Shown in pieces: positions 28,801 through 38,800 of a stretch of 64,000 bases of DNA. Made by a program: the position numbers and the translations under genes. The notes beneath the pieces are model-generated. The model searched no databases. It was not told where the DNA came from and was given only the letters and a program-made list of their open reading frames with translations. Source of the stretch: Myxococcota bacterium. GTDB lineage: Bacteria > Myxococcota > Kuafuiibacteriia > Kuafuiibacteriales > Kuafuiibacteriaceae. The first letter of the stretch is position 1. Every line of letters begins with the position of its first letter. The DNA lies in assembly GCA_039024635.1 (NCBI GenBank), contig JBCCQA010000005.1, positions 103,729 to 167,728 on the forward strand, given 5' to 3'.

Positions 28801-31010
28801 AACTCACCGAAACGAGTCTCCAGCTCCTCCATTTGGATAAGCACTCGGCTCAGCTGCGAGTCGCAGGCCTCGGGGGTGTCGGCCAGAGCGAGGGCGCTGG
28901 ATACGGCCTGCCCGAGAAGCTTGAACTGGGCCGAGAATTCGGCCCGTCCTTCGGAGCTGGCCAGCTCCTTCCTTCGGTTGCTGGAGATGGCGCGGGCACG
29001 GTTGAGCGCCGACAGGACCTCCGAAATCCGTTCCAAGACTTGGGTGCGCTCCTGCGAGTCCTCGATTTCGAGGCCCGCCACCACCTCCGAGAGAACGTTG
29101 AGTCCTTCCCCGAGCCGCTCCAGTCGCGCCTTGGCCGGTTGGAGCGCGAGCACCTTTTCGGCGGCCTCGACGTCGTGGATCAACTCGTCGATCTGCCGCA
29201 GCAGTGGCGCCATCGCCTGCTGCTGGAGGAGAAAGCGCACGCAGCCTCGACTGACGTCGTCCAGTCTTTGGCCCAGCTCCTCTTGGAGCCGAGAGAGTCG
29301 ATCCCGGTCGAGGTAGCGAACTTCCTCCAGGGAGATCAGATGACCCTGCTGTCGGCGGAGGGCGTCCATCGCCTCCAAGAAGGCCGACACCTCCCGCCAA
29401 TCTTGGGGTCGGAGGTCTTTGACGAGGGCGGCTTGCTCGGACGCTGCCTCGCTCAGGACCTCCTTTGCCCGGGCGCTCAGCGTTTGGACCTTCTCGAACT
29501 CGTCGATGACCAGCTCGGCATTTTGGAGCATCTTGGCCAGGATCCCTGCCAGGTCGCCGACCTCCTCCCGGTCCAGCCAGTAGTAGGCATCACGCGCGCG
29601 CTCGATGGCCTTGATCAGGTCCTCGAAGGTCTCGCGCCGGGGCTCGGCCGCAAGGGCCAAACGAACGATGGACAGGGCTTCCGAGATGCCGCGGACGAGC
29701 TCGTCGTTGCCGACCTTAGCCAGGAAGCCCTCCCGGCTGGGTTGCCGAGCTGCGTACTCGTCCGAGCTGAAGGGAGTATGCCAAATCTGAAGGGGATGAA
29801 CCCGCGTTGCTTCGGGCTGGGCCTTGAGGACGATCATCCGGCCATCGTCGAAAATGCTGAAGCCGTTCACCTCCAGTGGCGTTGCTACCTCCTTGCGGAT
29901 CAGGTTGTAGGGAAGGAGTAGGTAGCGGCCGTCTTTTTGGTGGTGAAAGACGTAGAGCACGTCTTCTCCATTGGGCGCCCTCAGCTTCCGAACGAAGATG
30001 AGGTCCTCGGTGACGGTGTCGAAGGTCTTCGCTTCACCATTCTCGAGCAGATAGCCGCCCGGGAAGATGATGCCATGGTCTTCTGGCAGCTGGACGCAGG
30101 CCTGGCCGATGGCGTCCACCCTATGGACCGTCTTGGTGCGGGTGTTGAAGACCAGGTAGCGGCGCTGTCGCTCCTGATACGGTAGGACCTCCAAGAGGAT
30201 CAGAGCACCCACCTTGGCCCAGCGGATCTCAGCGTCGTCTAGCGACTGTCGTGGGTCTTCGACTGGCTCGCTATAGATGCCGCGACCGTCTTCGGTGTTG
30301 TCTTCGATCTTGACCGTGAGATCGCCACCCACCGTCTCGATGAAGACTTCGTCGAGGATGGAGACGTGAGGATGTCGCCCCGCGACCTGATCATCCCTCG
30401 TCGTCCTCCGCCACTCAAAGTCGTGGCGCGACGGAAAGACGTGCTCCCTCTCGCCTCGGTTGTCGACATAGCGAAGCTCCTCTCCTGCCAGTCCCCATCG
30501 GAAGGCTTTGACGTCCTGCAAGGTGCCCCCGGTCTGGAAGACGGCCAGGATGCGACCCGCCTCGAGCTGACGCAGCTGCAGTAGCCGCGTGTCCTTGTAG
30601 TACTGGAAGAGCTCGCCAAACTCCCGACGGAAGCTGGGTGCGTCGAGCAAGCCTGGAAGCGAATCCGAGGCTGCCGGATGCAGCTCCGTTCCTTCGGACT
30701 CCAGTCCATGGAGTACGAAGACGTCCTCCACCGACACTTCGGTCTTGAGGCCCAGGAACACGTTGAAGCCGAAGAGCAGTTTGCCCTGCACCTGAAGTAT
30801 GTCGCGAGGAACGCAGTTGTGTTCAGTCCGCACTCGAGCGTGACCCACTAGCTCCAGTCGAGTGCTCCCGAACTCGGCCTGGCGGGCCTCGTTGAGGGCG
30901 TCCGTTCGTCGCTGCAGCTCCTGGGCCTGCTCGGTCAGACGGCTCCGAATGACCTCGTAGCTCCCCCCGTCGAGGCTGGGGTCGACGGCGGCCTCTTCCG
31001 CCGCGCTCAC
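25890..31010 (-). CDS. Giant (1706 aa) coiled-coil protein with a single AAA_5-type (MoxR/McrB/midasin-like) ATPase domain; function unknown
   Basis: Walker A LLLLVSPPGYGKTTLVEYV, Walker B MLYVDDIQ, then PEFLQKFISLCDGQRRIEG...FAVVMAGNP...ANRADTYNL, which is the AAA_5 arrangement. It has an N-terminal ~450 aa beta-rich domain and long helical Glu/Arg/Leu-rich stretches. Its start codon directly abuts the flotillin stop. Confidence 0.75.
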   Translation of the reverse strand: MSAAEEAAVDPSLDGGSYEVIRSRLTEQAQELQRRTDALNEARQAEFGSTRLELVGHARVRTEHNCVPRDILQVQGKLLFGFNVFLGLKTEVSVEDVFVLHGLESEGTELHPAASDSLPGLLDAPSFRREFGELFQYYKDTRLLQLRQLEAGRILAVFQTGGTLQDVKAFRWGLAGEELRYVDNRGEREHVFPSRHDFEWRRTTRDDQVAGRHPHVSILDEVFIETVGGDLTVKIEDNTEDGRGIYSEPVEDPRQSLDDAEIRWAKVGALILLEVLPYQERQRRYLVFNTRTKTVHRVDAIGQACVQLPEDHGIIFPGGYLLENGEAKTFDTVTEDLIFVRKLRAPNGEDVLYVFHHQKDGRYLLLPYNLIRKEVATPLEVNGFSIFDDGRMIVLKAQPEATRVHPLQIWHTPFSSDEYAARQPSREGFLAKVGNDELVRGISEALSIVRLALAAEPRRETFEDLIKAIERARDAYYWLDREEVGDLAGILAKMLQNAELVIDEFEKVQTLSARAKEVLSEAASEQAALVKDLRPQDWREVSAFLEAMDALRRQQGHLISLEEVRYLDRDRLSRLQEELGQRLDDVSRGCVRFLLQQQAMAPLLRQIDELIHDVEAAEKVLALQPAKARLERLGEGLNVLSEVVAGLEIEDSQERTQVLERISEVLSALNRARAISSNRRKELASSEGRAEFSAQFKLLGQAVSSALALADTPEACDSQLSRVLIQMEELETRFGEFDVFLEDLAARREEIYEAFNGKKQELLDARQRKAGNLASAAERILDGMRRRAQSFDEEDALNAYFASDPMIAKLRQLVESLRKLEEGVRADDLEAKAKALRREALRTLHDKGELFENGEDLIRLGRHRFTVNRRPFELTMVPKDGDMYFHVTGTAFHEKVDDNAFERTRGFWDEPLVSEDREVYRSEYLAARVLFEAEAEGASGLEALVSAGGWEGLLKIIRERTAQSYEEGYERGLHDLDAARILEQLVALHQGAGLLRFPPGARGLAALWWAHGETAERERLHRRASSLGRLRSSLGGNRSISERRLAEDLELALRRFVDAHELRLPGDPVLDAGRYLVEEMIAAHPRFVVNREAVELVRRLEEHLDLDGGRRAFEEDLSSIERLGERLGLALAWIDAFVERHDPDAHPLRLEAAAVLLAPRVDRQESTAPTTARVEGLLGQHPRIQDRSLELRLDEFGQRLHTFMEARVPDYRAYRSLRHELLERERRALRLDALQPRILSSFVRNRLIDEVYLPIIGDNLAKQLGAAGDAKRTDLMGLLLLVSPPGYGKTTLVEYVANRLGMVFMKINGPALGHQVSSLDPEDASNATARQEVERVNFAFEMSDNVMLYVDDIQHTNPEFLQKFISLCDGQRRIEGVWRGRSKAYDLRGKKFAVVMAGNPYTESGEKFQIPDMLANRADTYNLGDVLTGRDEAFASSYIENSITSNPSLSPVVARSMKDMRAFIRMSAGEEVSSTEFERSHAQVEIEEILVVLRHLRRIQSVLLAVNLQYIESASQDDRYRTEPPFKLQGSYRNMNRLAEKVVAAMTDEEIEVLITDHYESESQTLTTGAEQNLLKLAEMRGRMSESQAARWNQIKADFRRSTLQGGDDEDPVVRVTSSLSGLGAQLEGIRAALEAESSDRTADGANGDLEVVLRTHLATLEKAILPLAQSSVEHLEQARALGTPLRELIELLRWNAISRAEAKKP

Positions 31011-32990
31011 TCAGTTGGCCCCGTCGCCGTGGCCGGCGCCGATCCCCAGGGCCTGAGCCTCGGCCATCAGCTTCCGGAGCTTTTCCTTCATGGGCTCGTC
31101 GGCGGAGCCCATGAGTTGGGTCAAGAATGCGCTGATGGTGAGAGCCTGGACGTTGGAGGCGCCACCGCCATTGAGGGCCGTCAGCACATCCTTGGGCAGG
31201 TTCCCGTCTCCTTCCAGATAGCCGTCCATCAATTTACGGATCGTCTCGCTGTTGTCCAAGGTTCCATCGACGGACTGACCGACCGCGATGGCGTTTATGA
31301 ACTTGTCGAAGAAGCGGCCATCTCCGCCCACGATGTTGATTTTGGCCTGCTCGAAGGCGTCCTTGAGGATCTCGGCTCGGTCTCGCGCGATGACCTGCTC
31401 GGTCTCCATGCGCTTGAAGCGAATGTCTCGGTCCGTCTCCAATCGAAGCCGGAACTCCTCGTGGTCCTTGGCTGCGCCCCGCAGGGCCTCCATTGCCTCC
31501 GCCTTCTGGCGAAGACCGGCCGCTTCGGCCTCCATTTTGAGTTGGACGACCTGGGCATTGGCCTGGCCTTCCTTCTCGATGGCGAGGGCCTCGGACTCCC
31601 GCACCCGAACTCTAGCAAGACCTTCGGCCGCTTCTTCGGCCTGCGTCCCCTCCGCGAGGCGAATCTTGGCCTTGGCCTGTCGGTCGGCGGCCTCCAGCTC
31701 GGCATCGGCCAGGGTCAGCTGCTCCCGGGCGCTGAACTTGGCCACCTCCTGCTTGGCTTCGGCGGCCTTGATCTCCTTGACCAGGCCCTCCTCGGCTTCG
31801 GCTTCGGCTGCAGTTACCGCCACGTCCTTGTTTCGATTGGCCTCCGAGGTCGCCCGGAGATCCTTGATGTTCTCCTCCTCCTCGGCCACCGTTCGCTCCA
31901 CTGCGATCCTGCTCCGGACCACGTCGGCGATGCTCTTCTTCTCGACCTCGACCTCTTTGTCCTTGTTGATGGTCTGAAGCTCGACCTCTCGCTCTCGAGA
32001 GATGGCCTCCAGGGCCCGGTCTTTCTCTACCCGCTCGTTCTCGATGGCGATGGCTCGCTCTCGGGCCTTCTCGGCGATCTCGACCTGGCGAGCCTTGTCT
32101 TGTTCGGCCACCTCTACGTCCTCTTCGGCCTTGATCCGGGCTCGCCGGGCTCGCTGGAATTGCTCGGCTTGCTCGACCTCCGTGGTCGCCTTCTCTCGGG
32201 CCACCATCACGTCGATTTCTCGCTGCTGCTTCGCCTTAGCGTCGGCCTCTTGCCGATTCAGCTCCAGCAGTGCTTCTTCCGCTTCGACATTCTTCTTCTT
32301 GATCGCCTTCCGTTCGTCTTGGCGGAAGTTGTTGGTCTGGATGTTCTGGGCCGTCGTCAGTTCCGTGATCTTACGGATTCCCTGGGCATCCAGAATGTTC
32401 TCGGGGTCCAAAGACTCGATGGGCGTCTGCTCGAGGAAGTCGATGGCTACATCGTCGAGGATGTAGCCGTTGAGGTCTTCTTCGTTTCCGATGTGGGCCC
32501 GAATGGCGTCGCGGAAGCCATCTCGATTCGTGTACAGCTCGACGAAGTCTAGGCCCTTTCCGACGGTCTTTACCGCCTCCGAGAACTTGGCCATGAAGAG
32601 CTCTTCGATCGTCGCTTGATCCGAGGCTCGCTTGCAGCCGACCTGTTGGGCGACCTTCAGCACCGACTCTTCCTTCCTGTTCACCTTCACGAAGAAGGTG
32701 ACTTTGATGTCGGCCCGGATGTTGTCGTGGCAGATCAGGCCCTCTTTTCCCCGACGGTCGACCTCGATGGTCTTGACCGAGATGTCCATCTCCTCAGCCC
32801 GGTGGATTATGGGAAGGACGAGGCCTCCCGTAAAGGTCACGTCGGGTCGCTTGGTCACCTTGTTGATGATGAGAGCACGACCCTGCTCCACCTTTCGGTA
32901 GAACTTGGCGACCAAGAGCGCGAAGCCAAAGACGACGACGACAAGAGCGCCGAGTCCGCTGACGAAGAGAATGAGTTTGTCGATGTCCAT
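31011..32990 (-). CDS. Flotillin-family SPFH/band-7 protein (YqiK/FloT-like)
   Basis: N-terminal TM helix (LILFVSGLGALVVVVFGFALLVAKF), SPFH core, then a long Glu/Ala/Lys/Arg-rich coiled coil (EA repeats) and a Gly-rich C-terminus. Size is 659 aa. Confidence 0.85.
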   Translation of the reverse strand: MDIDKLILFVSGLGALVVVVFGFALLVAKFYRKVEQGRALIINKVTKRPDVTFTGGLVLPIIHRAEEMDISVKTIEVDRRGKEGLICHDNIRADIKVTFFVKVNRKEESVLKVAQQVGCKRASDQATIEELFMAKFSEAVKTVGKGLDFVELYTNRDGFRDAIRAHIGNEEDLNGYILDDVAIDFLEQTPIESLDPENILDAQGIRKITELTTAQNIQTNNFRQDERKAIKKKNVEAEEALLELNRQEADAKAKQQREIDVMVAREKATTEVEQAEQFQRARRARIKAEEDVEVAEQDKARQVEIAEKARERAIAIENERVEKDRALEAISREREVELQTINKDKEVEVEKKSIADVVRSRIAVERTVAEEEENIKDLRATSEANRNKDVAVTAAEAEAEEGLVKEIKAAEAKQEVAKFSAREQLTLADAELEAADRQAKAKIRLAEGTQAEEAAEGLARVRVRESEALAIEKEGQANAQVVQLKMEAEAAGLRQKAEAMEALRGAAKDHEEFRLRLETDRDIRFKRMETEQVIARDRAEILKDAFEQAKINIVGGDGRFFDKFINAIAVGQSVDGTLDNSETIRKLMDGYLEGDGNLPKDVLTALNGGGASNVQALTISAFLTQLMGSADEPMKEKLRKLMAEAQALGIGAGHGDGAN

Positions 32991-33002
32991 GGGTCCTCCG
33001 GT

Positions 33003-33640
33003 TCAGGTGCTCGAAGTCTCGAGCGCGTGCTTGGCTTCGACCTGAAAGGCGTTTGCCTCTGGGTCGTAGGAGATGATCAGGGCGTCGTCGCCGCGGCTCA
33101 GCGCCCCGCGTCGACTGCGAATCTGGACGACGTCCCCGTCCGTCCCGTCGATCACGACGCCCACTCCGCTTTCTTGGTCGACCTGTCCGCTTCGGACGCG
33201 GCACATCTTCCCGACCAGTGAGGCATTCTTCTCGGCTAGGACGGTCTTGAAGAAGGGCTCGAGCGGCACGGCAGCGAGGGCGGTCGCCGGGAGCGCGGTG
33301 ATCAGCGCCGCCAGTCCGATGACCAGTTCGCCGGCGACGCCACCGACCCATCCTTCGAACCAGTCGACGTACAGATAGCAGGCCATCCAGGCCACCAAGA
33401 CCGCCACGCTGAGCGTCACCGAGAGTGGGACGCGACGCATGCCCAGCCAGCTCAACAGGGCGATGCCCGTCCCTCCGTCCGCCTCGACGTCCAGGTCGAA
33501 GTCAAAGCTGTCGAGGTCGGCCGCCCCGGCGATGACTAGGCCCCAGTAGAGCAGCGCAAAAACGAGCAGCGTGGTGAACACTACGGTGGGAAAACTGCTC
33601 ACGTTGTCGATGAACGCTGCCACGAAGCTCCTTCGGACAC
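33003..33640 (-). CDS. NfeD-family membrane protein (YqiJ/YuaF-like); start approximate (GTG)
   Basis: Several TM helices (VVFTTLLVFALLYWGLVIAG; IALLSWLG; LSVAVLVAWMACYLYV; LVIGLAALITALPATALAAV), then a C-terminal soluble beta-rich domain (GKMCRVRSGQ...VVIDGTDGDVVQIRSRRG...ISYDPEANAFQV). It lies 12 nt upstream of flotillin. The N-terminal ~290 residues of the long ORF are Arg/Pro junk. Confidence 0.6.
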
Positions 33641-33739
33641 GATAAGCACGCTTTGCCCTCCGTCCAGTCCCTGCGCGAAAGAAGCCATGGCACGGAGGTC
33701 CTTCGACTTCAATCCGGTGGAACGTGTTAGCCTGGCGGA

Positions 33740-35782
33740 GTGGCGAGCTTGGTGTCGGTCGGGGCAGATCCAGTGGTCGCGCTCGCGGCGGCCGAGGCCG
33801 AGCTGCCTCACCGCGTGCATCCCACGGGATGGGGCGCCTGCCGTGTGCAGGATGCCTTGCTGATCGTTCATCGAAATGGCGTCGACGGACCCATCGAGTC
33901 ATGGCTGCCTTGCTCGGCCCCGGTCGTGGCTGCGCCTTCGGGGGCCTTCGGCATTCCAGCCCGGACTGCCCAACGGCTCGGCCTTCGAGGGCCCGCCCGC
34001 TCAGCTCGAGAGCGAGCCGCTGCCGTGGCCGAACTGCTCCCGTCTTTCGAGCTCCCCTTGACCCGAGGTCTGGCGGCGGGAGAGGGCGGGGCCCTGCTCG
34101 ACGAGGCCCTGAGGAAGTCCATGAGCCCACGGGTCCACACCGCTGCTTTCGAGCTGTCGGTCGAGATCTTGGGGCCTGACGCGATGGGGTCCTTGGCAGA
34201 GCGGTGGGTGGCCAAGGCAGATGGCCCCCCGGAATCCTTTGAAGCGGCCTGGTCCATTCTCCGCCGTCCAGGCGGCCTGGGCGCGCTGGCCGAGCTGGCG
34301 GCCCGAGGTCCGAGCCCCGAGGTCCGGCTCCGCGCGGCACGAATCCTGGCCGAGAACCAGCCTCGGGCCGCGGCCCGCGCGTACTTGGAGCCCCTCCTCG
34401 CCCCTCCGGTCGACCCCCTACTGCAGGCCGGTCTCCGCCGACTGCTGGAGGAGCTAGGCGAAGAGGAGGCCGAGGCACCTGCGAGGGACGAGCTTGGTCG
34501 ACTCTTGCGGGGTCTACCGAGCACGCGTTCTGGGCTCTTGGACTTTCTCGACGAAGAGGAGGCTTCGGTAGAGGACAAAGCGAAGAGCCTGCGAGCTTTA
34601 GCCCTCGGTCCCCGCCGGGCTGAGCTCCTGCCCTGGGTCCGCGGCGGCCTTCTGCGACCGGATGGGCTTGGCTGGACCGCCGTCGAAATTGCGGAAATGT
34701 GGGCGGACGCTGAGCTCCTAGAGGCCGGTTTGCGCCACTCCGAGCTCAGCCATGCCGTTCGCGCCCTGGATGGACTTGGCCGGGTGGCGAGCTGGGCCCG
34801 CTGGTCGGCCATGCTGCCTGGCCTCATGGCAGGACCGCTCGCTTCGACGGCGCTTGCCTGGGCGGTTCGTCGCGCACCCGACGCCAAGCAGCCCTTGGGC
34901 TACGTCCGGACCGAAGCCTTGGGCCGAGCGGCGGTGGAGGGGGCTCGAACCCTGGGTCTGGCCGGGGTGCAGGTGCTTGCCCAGCTTCTCCAGAGTTCGT
35001 CACCGTCCGTTCAAAGGGCGGCGGCGGAGGCGCTTCGGGGGATGCCGAAGCTGGCGGCTGAAGATCTCGTCGAGATCCTGGACGGCGCGCCCACCGAGCC
35101 CAGGATCTCGGTCGCCGAACCCGAACTGCCGAGCCTGGCTCGCTTTCAGCACGGGCTCAGGCTGGCCGTCGAATCCGGCATCCGCGGGCGGCGGGTGCTG
35201 AGGCGGATGGCCTCGACCCAGCGGGTTCCGGTGGAGATTCGTGTGCAGGCCCTACGTCACCTTGCGCGGGACCTTCATCCCATGACCCGGGCGCTCTTGG
35301 AGTCGACCTTGCTCCGCGGGTCTGGACCCATGGCCGAGGCTGCCTTGGGCAGCGTCATGCAGCGAGAGGATCTCCCCATGGAGACGGTGCGTCGCTTCGT
35401 GGAGACGAGTCGAGAGCATGGCCTCCGTGCCAGGGCCATTCGCTTCGCCGCCGCCCGCTGGCCGAAAACTGAGGTCCGAGAACTGCTGGAGGGCTGGCTC
35501 TTGGATTCCAGCCCCCTGGTGCGGAGGGCTGCTTTGGACGGCCTGTTCCGATCGCTCCGACTGGTCTCGGAAGAAGGGCTGGAGGCCCGCCTCGTGAATC
35601 TGATGGAGGTCCACACGGAGCTCGAGGTTCGCCGCTCTGCCGCCCTCGCCCTCGGGAGCTTCGGGGGACAGGAGGCCCTTGCGGCCCTTCAGCGGGCGGT
35701 CGGGTCCGACGTCGGGCCCGAGGCCATGCGCTCTCTCAGGCGTTTGCGAGCCTTCGAGGGCGGGAGCGGGCCGAACTTGTGA
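33740..35782 (+). CDS. HEAT/PBS-lyase-type repeat protein
   Basis: 680 aa alpha-helical Leu/Ala/Arg-rich protein with repeated ...VRxxAAxALG... units (for example VRRSAALALGSFGGQEALAAL). GTG start. It is divergent from the NfeD-flotillin operon. Confidence 0.6.
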   Translation: MASLVSVGADPVVALAAAEAELPHRVHPTGWGACRVQDALLIVHRNGVDGPIESWLPCSAPVVAAPSGAFGIPARTAQRLGLRGPARSARERAAAVAELLPSFELPLTRGLAAGEGGALLDEALRKSMSPRVHTAAFELSVEILGPDAMGSLAERWVAKADGPPESFEAAWSILRRPGGLGALAELAARGPSPEVRLRAARILAENQPRAAARAYLEPLLAPPVDPLLQAGLRRLLEELGEEEAEAPARDELGRLLRGLPSTRSGLLDFLDEEEASVEDKAKSLRALALGPRRAELLPWVRGGLLRPDGLGWTAVEIAEMWADAELLEAGLRHSELSHAVRALDGLGRVASWARWSAMLPGLMAGPLASTALAWAVRRAPDAKQPLGYVRTEALGRAAVEGARTLGLAGVQVLAQLLQSSSPSVQRAAAEALRGMPKLAAEDLVEILDGAPTEPRISVAEPELPSLARFQHGLRLAVESGIRGRRVLRRMASTQRVPVEIRVQALRHLARDLHPMTRALLESTLLRGSGPMAEAALGSVMQREDLPMETVRRFVETSREHGLRARAIRFAAARWPKTEVRELLEGWLLDSSPLVRRAALDGLFRSLRLVSEEGLEARLVNLMEVHTELEVRRSAALALGSFGGQEALAALQRAVGSDVGPEAMRSLRRLRAFEGGSGPNL

Positions 35783-35812
35783 GGCCGGCACCGACTGTGT
35801 ACCCGTGGAGAC

Positions 35813-38800
35813 ATGTCGGGCCCGCCCGAGTCGAAAGGCGGCGGGCCCGCAAAGGACGAGCCGACGGGTTCAGGGCTCCCCGAAACGGTCCGACGAAGGC
35901 GGCGCGACCTGTCGCGCATGAGCCTATCCAGCATCGGTGAGGCGACGGGCGACCACGACAGCCTGCCCGAGGTACCCAGCACGCTGTACGACCTGGGTCG
36001 GGAGTTCGCTCGAGGAGGCTTGGGTCGGATCCTCCGGGCCAAGGACCTGCGCCTGAGGCGAGACGTGGCCATCAAGGAGCTGCTGTCCAAGCACCCCAAG
36101 GCCGAGCAGCGCTTCATCCGCGAGGCCTTCATCACCGCGCGCCTGCAGCACCCGAACATCGTCCCCATCCACGAAGCAGGTCACTGGCCTTCGGGCAAAC
36201 GCTTCTACGCCATGAAGCTGGTCGAAGGTCGGACGCTGGCCGAGGCCCTAGACTCAGCCCTCTCTCGAAAAGGACGAGAGGGTCTACTCAGGAATATCAT
36301 CGCCGTGGCCGACGCTGTGGCTTACGCTCACCAGAACGGGATCCTGCACCGAGATCTCAAGCCCGGAAACGTCATGGTGGGGGCCTTCGGTGAGACCGTT
36401 CTCATCGACTGGGGCCTAGCCAAGGACATGTGGCACGAGGGTCCGGAAGCAACGGTGAGCGAAGATATCCCGTGGTCCGGGGCCGAGGAGACGTCCGACG
36501 GGATGGTGGTCGGCACTCCGCCCTACATGCCCCCCGAACAGGCCAGCGCAAAGCCGGTTGACGAGCGAGCCGACGTCTACGCTCTGGGCGCGATGCTCTA
36601 TCACGTCCTTGCGGGGCGTCGGCCCTACCAGGACGTCGCGAGCAAGGATGTCTTGCTCGCCGTCGTGAGTGGACCTCCGAAACCTCTTGGGGATCTCGCG
36701 CCGGACTGTCCGAGAGAGCTCGTGGCCATCGTGGAGAAGGCCATGGCTCGACGACCGGAGGACCGCTATCCCTCCGCCCAGGAGATGGCGGCTGAACTCC
36801 GGGACTACGTCGATGGTCGCCTTGTCTCTTCCTACAGCTACAACTTCATGGACTACCTTCGCCGGGCCTGGGAGCGGCACCGACTCGCGGTCGCAGTGGG
36901 GGCGGTCGGGCTCGCTCTCTTGGCCGGGACCGGCGTGCTGAGCTACCTGCAAATCCGACAGGAAAAGGAGGCCGTGGCCCGAAAGAACGCGGCCCTCGAA
37001 GTCGAGATAGAAGAGAACAAGCTCGGCAAGGCCCGCTACCTCCTGGATCGGGATCCCACTGCGACCCTGGCCCAGTTGAAGACCCTCTCCGAACCCCGAC
37101 CTGGCGCCGTTTCCCTAGGCTTTCGAGCCGCACAGCTAGGCGTGGCCCGCCACGTTGTCGAGGGTGAGCGACGTGTGGATACCGTCGCCGTTTCGGCTGA
37201 TGGTGCCTTCGCAGCGGCCGGGGATCGAAACGGCCGGGTACGGCTCCTCGACACGGAGACGGGCCAGATTCGCGAGATCGAAGCCCACACCGATCGCATC
37301 ACTCGGCTCCGCTTTTCGACCGACGGCCGTCGACTTCTCAGTGCCAGCTACGACGACACCCTCCGCGTCTTGAACTTGAGGGACGACCGCGTCCTCGTGC
37401 TCCGAGGCCACGAGGGCGATGCCACCGACCTTGTCGAAACCGAGAACGGCGGCTTTGCCTCGGTCGGCGTGGATGGGCTTCGTCGCTGGTCGCCCGAGGG
37501 TGAGCCTCGTTCCCATCACGTATTCGAACGCATCAATCGTGGACTGAGCCTGGCCCTAGGAAACAGATCGCTCCTGACCGGGGGGCACGGGCGAGAGGTT
37601 TGGCTCTGGCCCCAGTCCGAGGGCGCCCCTCGTCCTCTCCTCTGTGATCCGGGAGAGGTGAGCAGCTTCGTCGTCTCCCCCGACGGACGCAGGATGGCCT
37701 GCGGAGGCTCGGAAGGGATGCTTCGAGTTTTCGAGCTGCCCTCCGGTCGGCTAGAGCTGGAGAGGAGCTTCGAAAGCGAGGTGTCTTCCCTGAGCTTTCG
37801 TGGGACCGAGGCAGTTGTCACGGGTCACTTCGACGGCCGGGTTCGACTCATCGACCTACGGGGCGGCGCGGATCTGGAGCTCCCGAGCCATGAGGAGCGG
37901 GTCACGACGGCCGGCTTCGGCGCGGGTCAGGTCGCGACGGCGGGATGGGATGGCCGAATCTGGGTGAGTCCGGCCGGGGACGGCCGCGAAGCCCACGAGC
38001 TTCGAGGCCACGCCGACGTCGTCACCACCCTTGCCTTCGATCGGGCGGGTCGCTGGCTGGTGAGTGGCTCCTGGGACGGTTCGATGCGGGTCTGGCCCAT
38101 GCAGCCTCAGCCCAGCCAAGTGCTGCGAGCCCACTCAGTTGGGGTTCACGCCGTCGATGTTTCGCCGCTGGGGGAGTTCGTGGCCTCGGGCGGTCATGAC
38201 GATCTCGTGCGTCTTTGGCGACGAAGTGACGGCCAACTGCTTCGAACCTGGCGTGGTCATCAGGACCACGTGTATCGCGTGCTCTTCTCGCCCGACGGAC
38301 GCTGGGTCGCCTCGTCCAGCGATGACCGCACCGTCCGGCTGTGGTCGGTGGAGGGGGAGGCATCAAGGGTACTGGAGGGCCACCAAGCCGACGTGGAGGA
38401 GCTGGCCTTCTCGCCCGACGGACGATGGCTCGCTTCGGCCGGCGAGGACCATCGGGTATGGCTCTGGGATTTGGAGGGCACCGGACGTCCCTTGAACGGG
38501 CACACCGACTTCGTGACCGACGTTGGTTTTGGACCGAACAGCCGGCGCCTTTTTTCTACCGGCCGGGATGGCCGCTTGCTGGAGTGGACGATCGACGGAG
38601 AAGGGGCGCGGCAGCTGCTCGATGTCGGTCGTCCGCTCTGGGATCTCGAGGTCCGTGAGCTCGACGTCTTGGCGGTGGGAGCCGACGCACTCCACTTGTG
38701 GTCCCTGGACGGAGATGGTGCGCTGAGCCTCAGCGAGCTCCCCGGCGTTCGGCGTGTGGCCGTATCCAAGGACCTCAACATGGTTGCTCTGGCCTCTCTT

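Noticed and set aside
31029-32552. 507-aa plus-strand ORF
   Set aside because: It is antisense to the flotillin gene. Its Leu/Gly/Asp repetitive composition mirrors the EA-rich coiled coil on the other strand.
33003-34478. Full 491-aa ORF as the NfeD gene
   Set aside because: The N-terminal ~290 residues are Arg/Pro-rich junk that overlaps the divergent HEAT-repeat gene. Only the C-terminal ~210 residues (TM helices plus beta domain) are credible.
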